A stretch of 64,000 bases of DNA from Amphiscolops sp. MND2022. Lineage: Eukaryota. The stretch spans positions 27,280,001 to 27,344,000 of the forward strand of contig OZ076421.1 in assembly GCA_964187785.1 (NCBI GenBank), given 5' to 3'. This document shows positions 25,318 through 35,875 of this stretch, piece by piece. The notes beneath the pieces are model-generated. The model made no database searches, had not been told where the DNA came from, and saw only the letters and a list, made by a program, of their open reading frames with translations. Position 1 is the first letter of the stretch. Each line of letters starts with the position of its first letter. The translations under genes and the position numbers were made by a program.

Positions 25318-26883
25318 TGGACGGGATAACCCGTTGTCGATCTCTGAACTGTGGTTCCGGCAAATAGGGAGCTACCTTCCACATACGGTTGGCATCCCGA
25401 ATGACCAAAGATCCGGCCACGTCTCTGAGGGTGGGAATCCAGTCCAGCACTTCCATCTTTCCAGCACTTCATCCATCGACATCTGTGGTTCAGGAATGCC
25501 ATGGTAGCCTACCTTGGGAGGCTCAGGTATTACGACTGATCTTGAAATGGCAGTCTTTTTGGCAGTTGTCAGGAGGATGACGACTGGTGGGGCTGTCATT
25601 GTTGCATGGAGTGCCCGTTAGTTCATGGGGGTCCTCTTACGCCCTGGCTCCTCGTCGGATATGGGTGACAGCGTAGACCCAGGCGACAGCGCTCCTGTAC
25701 TGGGCCCTGGACCCTGACTTGCTATCATGCAACCCTCGAGCTGTACAGTAGAGTCCAACAGTGTTTGCAGACCAGGTAGAGTGTGGGATACAGTCTCTAC
25801 AACGTCCCTGGACTCTGGATAGTTGGCAACGGCTTGAAGTGCTACTGCCTGCTCGCTAGGCGTTCGATTCGCCATGTAGCGTGCTATAAGCGGTCGACTG
25901 TACGCTGGCACTAGATGCTTGACTGGAGCCCGCGAGATTCAAGTTAGGTTGTTGTACTGTAGCAGCCTGTAAAACCGAAAGCAGGAGAACTTGGATAGGG
26001 TGTCGGCGTGCTCGGCGCTGCTTGTGTCAAAGCAGGCACTAACTGCTGGGGTTGAAGTTGATACGCCTGAGGCTGTGACTGAGGCTGTATGATCATATGT
26101 GACGGTGGCAACATATGTGGGGCTGCAGCCTGAACAGGCGCGCACGGTGACATGCGCAACGTAGCCTCCTGGTCAAATAACGTGTGGTTGCTCGGTCCAT
26201 ACATTACCGTTGACCGATCATCTTGGAACTGATGGGTGAGATTGTATCCGTCCCATACACCATTCCGACATGTCATGGTACGTCTATGGCCAGACACATC
26301 TATGCCCAGATACATTTATGGCCAGGCTGGGCAATGTTTGTTGCGCTTCCATTTGCGCGAGCATTGTGGTCATGCCGGCTACTGCGGCAGGGGATACGCC
26401 GTTCCGCAGGCAGACTCTCTTTCAAATACTGGGCCTGACTAAACTGCTGCTCTCGAGCAGCCTCACAAGGACCTCAAGTGCCAACAGGCACTGAAGAGGG
26501 GCGGTGTGTCCTGGCGTTTTTTTGTGGGCCATTTTAGCATAGGTCTAAAAAAAGGTATCTGGTAGACCCATTCCAGGCAAGAAGTTAATGGTTTACTGGA
26601 ATTGCGAGCTCCTCGAGGGGGCTCGACTAATTACATGCGGTTACTGTAATATCAAGTAATATTAAGCTTTAGAGATTTGCATAGGGCACCATCAAATGCT
26701 GTTTACATGTGAAGCGTTAAGAAAAGGGGAGGTGCATAAGGCGGCCCCATCAACAAACTATAAGGGTTACTAAGCTAAGGTTAACAAAAAAGGGGTGTTT
26801 AAGCATCAAGAATGAGAAACTAGGAACGAGCATGAATTCTCATAAATGGTTTACTCTCCCACCTCGATAACCAGTATCGATAC

Positions 26884-28156
26884 TTACACAAGACTGTGCA
26901 AACTTTTATTGTTGTTGGTCCAAGCAAACAGATCCATCATGACCTGGTACAGATTGGCTAACAAATAAACTGGCTGTTCGGGGTCCAGTATCGGGAAGTG
27001 GATGCTTGCTATCAGCGGCGCGTGCTGATTAGCTCGCACGATCATCAAATGAATGGTCTGGGAAGGGTTATTGGTTATCGACGGGTCAGCGTCAAGACCT
27101 CACTCACTTTAGTTCGTAATGAAAAGACTTGCTCCTTTCCACACTGGCGCAACACGTAGCGCAGCGCAGCGGAAATTGTTTCCAGATCGGCTAGGCACGC
27201 AAATGCAATGTCGCCTTCGGCCTGCAGGAAGTTGGTCATGTCGTAAGAGAAGAACTCAACCAAACTGGGACGTAAAATGCCAGGATACACGATCTCTCGT
27301 CCAAGTCCGTCGTCTGAAGGTAGACATATGCGTGGAGTGCGTCATTGCATCGCGGCCAAATCCTGCCACACAGAGCGCGGCAACGCTTGATTATCATCTT
27401 TTGCTCGTCCAAGGCGCTCAACGCTGTCTTCGCAGGCAATGATCCATCAAAGTTGTGAGCCAATTTGTCCAACAGAATGATTCTCCGATAACTGACAAAG
27501 AACGGTATGATCAGCGCTAGCCACCAGCTGAGTTTCTTCACCTTCGATAACCCTCGATAACAGTCAAGAATTTGAAAGCACATGATCAAGTCTTCCGTAG
27601 TGGAAGTCCTCAGATTTTCCAGACATGTGAGTAAGTGTTGTGGGTTCACCAGTGTCTCCGCTCGTGACGCTGTGACTAGCAACCACCAATACGGGGGTGG
27701 GATAAACGCCACCCGGCTCGCCCTGAACACCATATCGGTCAAGCAACACGTCAGCAGTTATGCACCGTGACTTTTGCACCAATTCTCGTTCAAAACTGAA
27801 CGGGTCGAATACTATGCTGCGAGGGACATCAGGGATCACAGTAGCCTAAGTGAATTACTGGCGTTGCCATTTTTTTCCAATCTTTGAATCGGAGACACAG
27901 TGCTTTCGCCACACCCGACACCGCAATTTGCTGCAAGGTCACATCGACCGAATAGTTCTCCGTTGGTTCCACTCCTGAGAAGGTTCTTTTGCTCGTACCA
28001 TGATACGATGAACCCACTTATAACTTTGTTGTCACTCTGTGGGACTCCCCAGGCTCCAAAGGTAACCTCCTGGTTCTTATTCACAGCCAAAACGCAAACA
28101 CAATCACGCAATTCACATTTTCCGCATTTATACCGAGGCGGGCGTTTCTGCATCAA
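26884..28156 (-). pseudogene. Post-integrase module of the second Gypsy: Cys motif plus two TARG1-like macrodomain folds
   Basis: QKRPPRYKCGKCELRDCVC; domain A YWWLLVTASRAETLVNPQHLLTCLENL...YRG...WWLALIIPFF; linker DNQALPRSLWQDL; domain B FFSYDMTNFLQAEGDIAFACLADL...TIHLMIVRANQHAP...FPILDP...LYQVMMDLFAWTN. All are homologous to 2798-4195. Confidence 0.6.
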
Positions 28157-28949
28157 CTAGTATCGGCCCTGAGACCCAGTCTGAGCTTCCGCTCTCACAG
28201 GTTGAGTCACCATTTTAGCCAGTGTCTTTCTCTGCCGAAGATTTCGTGGTTCCTTGTGGGGTCTCCGTCTCCTTCTTTTGAAAGAAGGAGCAGTCGGGAG
28301 CTTAACGAACAGATCGTGTACTACCATCCATTGAAGGTGATGACGGGTGGGCTACAGAAACATGCGAGGCCTCGGCCTGGTGCGGCCAGATTGGATAGTT
28401 GCTGAGATCATCGGTTAGGGAAGGTCTTAATACTAAAGAGACAGACGTCCCAACTAAACATAGTGATGGCGGGTTGTCTGCAGCTGAATGTTGTGTGGAC
28501 GGAGAGTGCGCGGGCTCATGGTCAGAGAACAACTGTCCAAGACAATCATCAAAGGAAGTTTCAGAGACCAGGTCAAGCTCAGGGGTTGGTTCAGTAGACA
28601 TAGCGGGTTCCGACACCTGCGGATAAGTAGGAATAAGTAGCATGACAACTCATCATCCGAGCCAGAAACGGAGTAGTCGAACTGCTGATAGTGCATTCGA
28701 GATCCACCTGCACGAAGATTGGTGCGAAATCAAGTATCCCTCCAATGTCGTCCGAGCGAAGGGAAGGACACATTCAAAGCTTCTGGAACCAATTTTTCAG
28801 GCATATCAGAGCGTTGACATAGATCGTCGTTCATCGCTTCGACGGAGCGCTCGAGCTCCGATCCATAACATCTGCCATTTCACCAATGTCAAGTGATTTA
28901 GTTACGAATTCGGTAAGTCCTCTCAGGTGAGGTTTAGGACGCTCGAAAT

Positions 28950-29660
28950 GTACTTTTGGGCCAGTGTCTAGATTCTAGACACGTCCATTCTGCAAAACAA
29001 GGCCACTCGATGCCGGCTACGACAGGCGCGCATCAATTTGGGTGGGCGTTTCTGCGGGACATACCTACAGAAATCCCAGACAAGTTCAACGTGCTGTTAT
29101 GCCTTTGCCCGTATGGCACGTTCATTTTTGAAATTCTGGCGCTTTTGAGCTTGGCGAGTGTTTCGACGCACGAAGTCATGAATTTCCTGATCCACGTACG
29201 CTTCACAGGTTCCAAACGATTGCGTGGCAAACTCGGGACGGGATAGAGGTGCGTGAGGGGTATTGCCTTTTCAGTGCCATGGGTCAACATTTAAGGTGAA
29301 AAGCCCGTAGAGGCATGCCGTGTGGAAATGTAAGCACCAAGCACCTCATCAAGAAGTTGATCCCAGTCACGCATCCGGTGCGAGTGGAACATTCGCAACA
29401 GGGTCAGCAGTGTGCGATTTTGTTGCTCTACAGTTCATCGAAATACCCACTCTGAATATTTTTGAGATAGAAAAGAATGTCTCCAGGTTTGTTTCGTACC
29501 TGTTGGCAATATTTCTGTTGGCATTAATATTGACTGACGTATTGCCCTACGCTGCAGCGTAAACCAGACCACGTGTGTCTCTCCTGGATGTGCGCCACAA
29601 CTTTGGTGATATCTTGGAGTCCCATAGCATCATGCGCACGGAACAGAATCTCGTGCTGGT
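28950..29660 (-). pseudogene. Gypsy integrase (internally deleted)
   Basis: AHDAMG...KVVAHIQERHTWSGL; EQQNRTLL...DWDQLLDEVLGAY.STRHASTGFSP; GPY/F-like PPKLMRA.R..HRV. Confidence 0.85.
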
Positions 29661-30391
29661 ACAATTGGGGCATTACAATGATACAAGGTTGTTCATGCAG
29701 CAAACGCTGGAAAGGGGGATACTTCAGGCAGAGGACACAGTTACGGTTTATGAACAGTAGGTCCTCTTTCTGCTAGATAAAATTGCGCGCAAAGGCAAGT
29801 ACATCCTCCGGGAAGTTGTCTTGGTTAATGTTCGCGTGTTGGAAAAACTTTTTGAAGGCCCGTACATGAACGTCGCGATTCTGTTCTAACACCAAGTCTT
29901 TGATGCCATGGACTGTGTGGGCGTGATCATGCAGGTCACAACCCATATCGCGAACGGCCAGAAAAGCTTGTCTGGCATTGCTGGATGCATTCTGCGAAAC
30001 CGGGCTGCTGGCCTCAGCCAGCGCGTAGGTGGTACGCAAGGCAACGTTGGTATCATGTGCCGGCAACAAGAATCTTCATAGTCTTCAGGATCCAGATCTT
30101 CACAATAATCCAGTCTTCATGATAGCCGGGATAGAAATCCTCGTGTGCATGCAAGACGGGTGGAGGGGATGAAAGTAAAGGAGCCACAATCTCTCATTCA
30201 GCCGTTCCCGTTTCATGGTTCGTTGAGTGAAACGAGCAATGCGCTGCACCGCGCAAGGAGGAGCAGGCTGCACATGTCGCAGATGTGAGGGTATGTCTGG
30301 ATGATTGAGTATGACCCAACCTAGCACTTCAAACGTGGTGCGACTGGTAACTGATCGTATTCGTCTTGGGACATGAAGTTCCATCGTTCGC

Positions 30392-30934
30392 CTAGGTGTG
30401 ACAGTTTCTCGAGCTGTTGTCCCCGCCGACGATAATCAATGGTCCTTTTGGACAGGCTACCGGGATTGCGATGTTGTGTCCGTGGACGATGTTCAACATG
30501 AAAGTGGAGTAAGATTGACCGGTGGAGTAAGTTTTCAGCCAGGAAAGAGACTGGTTGTCCACGCTCAGAGTGACTTTTCGTGGGCATAAATAGCTGTGGT
30601 TTTCGACGATAAAGTGGTAGGCTGCATACATCTTGAACTTGGGAGCGCCGTATTTGGCTTTAGTTGCAGTTAACTTCTGGCTGCCATAGACGATTGGCCT
30701 GAGGCCTCGGTCCCCTAGGCCTTGCCATTGGTGTAAGATTCCAGAAATTGCCACAGCACTGGCGTCATTATCCAGTACGAATTCGCCTTCGGAGTCAAGC
30801 TGCGCGAGAGCAGTCGCCTCGATCAAAGCTTTTTTGACCTTGTTGAAGGCCTGTCGTTGTTCAGACCCCCATGCGAAGGTGGCATTCACTCCAGTGATGG
30901 CATGCAAGGGTGCCACTGGAATTTGGCGTGCCAA
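30392..30934 (-). pseudogene. RT connection / RNase H
   Basis: FVLDNDASAVAISGILHQ...RPIVYGSQKL...KYGAPK...VDNQSLSWL. Confidence 0.9.
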
Positions 30935-31064
30935 GGAATGATATCTCGGTAATACTTAGCGAAGCCCAAAAAGCTTTGCCATTCCGTTTTGTTGCGGGGA
31001 ATCATTCCCTGCAACAAAACGGAAAGACAAAGCTTTCTGGGCTTCGCTAAGTATAACCGATATT

Positions 31065-31643
31065 TCATTCCTTGGCACGCCAACTGATTTCCAAGTCACA
31101 TAATTTCGCGAACGCCTTCGGGTCAGGCTTTACGCCTTCCGCTGAAACTATCCGCCCCAAGTACTTGATCTTCGACTTCATGAAGTCGCATTTGGCTACC
31201 TGCATCTTGAAGCCCGCTTCACGCAAGCAATCAAAGACCTCGTGGAGGCAAACCATGTGGTCCTCCACAGTCTCAGTGACAATCACAATGTCGTCAAAGT
31301 ACGCCATCATCATGCTGCCTTCCCGGTTGACAAATTTGGGTAGCGCTCGAGCTATTGCTCTCTGGAATGTTGTAAAGGCATTACACATGCCAAAAGTCAT
31401 ACGTCTCCACTCTAAGAAAGCCCATGCCAGATCGACACTATTGTAGATCTTGGCTTTGCCTAGCCTGGCTATGCTCTCATCAATTCTGGGCAGGGGGTAT
31501 GCATCCTTGGCATTTACTCCGTTTAACGGGCGGAAGTTGCAGCAAAACCGCAACTCTCCGTTCTTGTTCTTGACCATCACAATGCCGCTTGCCCAGGGGG
31601 ATAATGAGGGTTGGGTCTTTCCTAGAGCAAGCAGGTTGCGCAC
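31065..31643 (-). pseudogene. Gypsy reverse transcriptase
   Basis: SPWASGIVMVK..NGELRFC..FRPLN...DAYPLPRID; FGMCNA..TFQR; YFDD; AKCDF....KYLG. Confidence 0.95.
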
Positions 31644-32296
31644 TTCCTGGTTGGCTCGTTGTGCTTTTCAGGAGACATTATCCTCGCGTTCTCACGATAA
31701 GGTACGTCACCAAGTTCTAACTCAACAGGATGCTTTGAAATGGTGCAACGTCCGATGTCAGCCTGATGTTTCATGAACAAATCATCGAATTCGTCAATAT
31801 ATTTTCCAACGAAGCACTTGCCTCAGAGACCCACAGGTACTTTACTTCCTGGACCTGGGACTCTGGGCCTGATATAGGAGCCATTAGCTCGGGGCCAGTA
31901 CGTTTCCTTTTTTCACAATCTGAAAGACCTTCTTCGGTAGGATCTGTTGAAGACAAAAACTCGATTTCAGATGAAGAAGTTAATTGAGACTCCGTACTTA
32001 GATTCATAGCTTCATACACATTACAAACAGAAGAATCCATACGGGCGTTTTTGACCTCAGTTTTGGTTTTTGTGTTAGCCAGCTGTTGTGGAATGGCACG
32101 GTAAACGAGTGCCACGAATATCACAGTGCCCAAGTGTGTGTCTCCTTCAACGCGCTGTGGGTTGCTAGTCACGTTTATTTCCTCTAAAAACACAACATTT
32201 TGCAGTGACGCGTGCGCAACGGATGCGTTCAGTACTACATTTTGGAAGATCAGTGGCTCAAGGTCGGTAGTGACAACCCTGGTTGAAAAACAATGC

Positions 32297-32583
32297 GTTC
32301 CTTGCAAGGATCTTGCAAGATTTTCTTCCAAGGTCTTGCAAGATAATGCATTTTTCTGCAAGACATCTTGCAAGAATCTTGCAAGGAATAAATTTCCTTG
32401 TAAGATTCTTGCAAGGAATACTGTTTCCTTGAAAGATTCTTGCAAGGAAAAAAAATTCGTTGGAAGATTCTTGCGAAGAATAGTGTTTCCTTGAAAGATT
32501 CTTGCAAGGAAAAAATTCGTTGGAAGATTCTTGCAAGGAATAGTGTTTCCTTGAAAGATTCCTGCAAGGAAAAAAATTCATCG
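32297..32583. repeat. 60-bp tandem repeat (about 3 copies) plus shorter TCTTGCAAG units, inside an insertion that splits pol
   Basis: Lines 32461 and 32521 align almost base for base; core AGATTCTTGCAAGGA; flanked by the 9-bp inverted repeat TGACAACCC (32271) / GGGTTGTCA (32603). Confidence 0.9.
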
Positions 32584-32959
32584 GAAAACTAATTGGGTTG
32601 TCAAAACATACTTACCATACTAAGATAACAGTATAACCATGTATATAAAATATAGTAAGAATGTCGGAAAGGGCAGCTACCTGTCAACAGAGTTCACAGT
32701 AATTGCTTGCCGAAGTCCTTATGCTGTGTTTTTAGGGAGACACTCAGCTCGTGAGATAGATAGTATCGCACTTGACGAGACCCACGACAAGAACGTGGCC
32801 TCCTGCGGGTCTCAGAAAAGAAGAAATGTAGAATCAGAGAAAATGTGTAAAATTAATGAAAACATTTCGGATCTGTCGTCAGATAGACTAAACTCGATGA
32901 ATCATAGAACTGATGAGACCATAAGAACTGGTTTTTGAATTGAAAAACTAACGAAACTT

Positions 32960-33518
32960 TCGCTTTTGATACCATGCGTTCAATTGGTTGCAATACTAAA
33001 TCTTGGTCCAAAGCAACTGGGACCGCTAAAGTAGGATCACCAACCTGACTGTGGGTGTGATGCCAGACTGGTTGTACTGGCGCACGTACCACGATCTTCA
33101 TAGAGGTCAAGTCAACGAGGACTTGATACGACATCAGGATGTAGCGACCCAACAGGAAGTCTTCGACACCCATCGCGTCTTCGACAAAAACAAAGTTTGT
33201 CTTCAGTTCGTAATACCTTAGTTGGAAGCGCATACGCTCCGACACTCCGAAGGTTTTGATGGCTTCGCCCTTGGCTGCGTAAAAGTCTATTTGATAGGAC
33301 TTCAGCATCGCCCCAGTTTGGACAGCGACAGGGTTGACGGCAGAGTATGTCAGAATTGACACTCCAAACCTCGTGTCAACGAAGCCTCTCAGTGGAATAG
33401 GTGCTGCATGGGGCACCACAAAAGATACTACGAGCCACACATGCTCGTCTATCCGGGCCTCGCTTGTGGGTTCCTGGCGACTGATGTTGTAGCACTTTAA
33501 TTCTTGGAGCCCCAGCAA
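32960..33518 (-). pseudogene. Retropepsin-like aspartic protease
   Basis: RGFVDTRFGVSIL (DTG-like) and EDFLLGRYIL. Confidence 0.8.
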
Positions 33519-34099
33519 ACTCCAGGTGGGAATACCTCGACCACCATAAAGGCTTCGAACTTCACGTCCACGCCATCCGTGGTGGCGCCGATTTGCACAG
33601 GAGAAGACGTGGTTAGTGTGTCTGAGTCACTCGGAGCATACCACTCTTCAGGTCGCGGGATTTCGGCTCGTTGGTACTGAATTGTCAACTCGGTCCAAAG
33701 TTTCGCCAAGGTTAGCGTTGGGCGACGTTTTTCTTCAGCGGCCAGCATCTAATGGATGGATACAAGGGTGCGACCTTGCGGGTCAACTTTCGTTGGTTCC
33801 AACATGTTTGAACCTGTTTCGTACCACAAGTGATGGTTAGAGGCGTAGAAGGCAGGTTGGTCTACCGCTTGCAGCATCAGAAGGCGATCATCTTCCAGCG
33901 GTACCGTGTGTGCAGCAACAACAGCTGTTTCCATTTCCGCCCAGCGACTGTAAGCGAAGTCATCTCATACAGGACTTTCCACACATTGCGATGCAACATG
34001 TTCGATCATGCAGCTTTTGACACTAAAACTTACCCCGGAGCAATTCTCCGGGATACACTCCACAACATCCTCGATAGTGGTTTTTATCGCCTCAGGTTC

Positions 34100-35180
34100 A
34101 GGAAGTTGATTTGCAGGCCTGATCACTGGTAGGACAGTCACCAGCTTAGTCACCAGTTTGCCCACAGTTGAAACATGCACCGAAAGGTGCACGCACGGCA
34201 GGTGGTGCGGCTGCTGGATTCGCTGGTGCATTGCAAGGTGGAGGGGGTGGCAACACTGCCTGCGGAAGCACCAGCTGGTTGGGTGGCAATGGCACGAAAG
34301 GATGAGGCTTCAACCTCAATGCATATCGGGGATCATAGGGTTGTGACAGTTTTGGACGATTTCGCTGCAACTGCCTCGTGGCGAACCTCAAAGGCAGTCA
34401 CGGTGGTTTCAGACGCATAGAAAATGGAAAATTCGTGCCGGGGGGCTGAGTCTCGGACACCTTCGATACAGCACTGCAGTATTTCATAGCGCTTGGTAGT
34501 GATACGCTCATCGGGAAATTCATGACTGCGATATCCCATGGAGTCCACTTTCTCAGACTTCACAGTTTGTTCCTAGTTGCTAGCCCACAAGCTTTTCTTC
34601 ACAGAGCATTGCATGGCCTCGAGCTCGGCAGTAATAATTTTGTGTTGCTCGCTGCACTCAGAGACGGGTGTCAGCCAACCGTGCTGAGGTTCGCTTTGCC
34701 TCAGCCTCTGCCTTCAACATGGCGGTTCTGGCCGCCGCCGCTTCTTCCACGGCTCTATAGGCTGAAGATCAAGGCGACGATGCAACAGATGTGGCACCAT
34801 CATGCACAGAAGGCGCGTTGTCACTTTTTAGCTCGTCCTACATGCACAACGTCAGTTGTCGTAAATTTTTATGCTTCCCGAAATCCTTGGTGCGGTTGGG
34901 TTCCAAGAGATATTTGGCGTAGTTCATCCCGCCCACGTACGTCATGCTCTCCAAAATGGCGTCCGTATCATTGCTGTAACGGCTGCTTGCCCTTATCCTG
35001 CGCTGAGGCTTGACAAGTTTTACGCCGCCCTGATCCGTTGCTTAGTGCTGTGGACCGTCACTAAACAATTCCTGGTTTCTTGTTTTAAAGGACTGTATCT
35101 TTTGGCTTGATGGGTCCGATGTGACCCGTGGAATCTTCTGCCATTCCTCGTTGCACTGATTTGGATCCGATGTGATCCGT
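34100..35180 (-). pseudogene. Gypsy gag (Pro-rich segment and CCHC knuckle)
   Basis: GACFNCGQTGD..GDCP at ~34170-34115; capsid-like RYEILQ..IEGVRD. Confidence 0.75.
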
Positions 35181-35875
35181 AACACATTTCCCTCACAGTA
35201 TCTTCACGCGCTCCGGCTCTCCAACTATGAGAGTAGCTACTTAGTCGCTCTGACTCGCGAAAAGTTGTGAAGATTGAGAAAATGATTATTTAGTCTCGCG
35301 GTCCTGAGACCCAACTTGACCATAGCTATTCAGTGGCGAAAATTTCTATCTAATGATAATACAAATGTGGTTTACAATTCTACAGTAAATATACAGCGAA
35401 TATAAGTTGAAATATGTAAGTATAAATAAATGACATTTAAAGCACAAAATGAAGTTATTGGCTAAGTAAACAAACTATGCGGTCGTTTTGACATGTTGGC
35501 TAGGTGGGCTAGAAAGTATGTTTACACAATGTAAATATCATAAATTTCAACAAAGTTACATTTCCTTCAAGGTCAAATGAGAAAATCACTTAATAGGTTA
35601 TATATCAAAAATGGGTAATTCATGGGGTCTGACCTAGGTCACTTTGGGTGTTAATTGCTCTGAACCCAGAGGAGAAACGGGGTTGGTTGGTTCGAGTGAA
35701 AAGTTAGTGTATTACCACTCCTATATGTGTGCCAAGTTTCGAGGTTGTTGAAAGAGTGGTTCGTCGGGACGGGGGGGGGTGGTGTTTTATTGGGATGCAC
35801 CATTTCTGGTGAGACTTGTAATTTTCCAACTAAAATCTTGAAAAAATTTCTAAGAGTTTTGAGTTATAAGTTTCA

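Larger units (their letters stand above)
22770..26440 (-). pseudogene. Long extra ORF downstream of pol (Q/P-rich N-terminus, SGNH-like domain, unknown C-terminal region), broken by the gap and frameshifts
   Basis: ORF pieces 25944-26315, 25618-25911, 25109-25456, 23847-25117, 23558-23740 and 23104-23388 lie on the pol strand. About 420 aa are open from 25117 to 23847. Confidence 0.6.
28700..35180 (-). mobile_element. Ty3/Gypsy gag-pol (gag with CCHC, protease, RT, RNase H, integrase), pseudogenised; matching 5' LTR not found
   Basis: Domain order PR-RT-RH-IN is diagnostic of Gypsy; individual motifs are listed in the sub-features. Confidence 0.95.

Noticed and set aside
23847-25502. 551-aa ORF from the track
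   Set aside because: It is open only because it bridges 200 N; frame and contiguity across the gap are unknown.
21701-35184. TGTAACGG...CCGTAACA as the two termini of a single element
   Set aside because: No TSD on the flanks and no long direct repeats; the 35184 motif lies within gag-like sequence.
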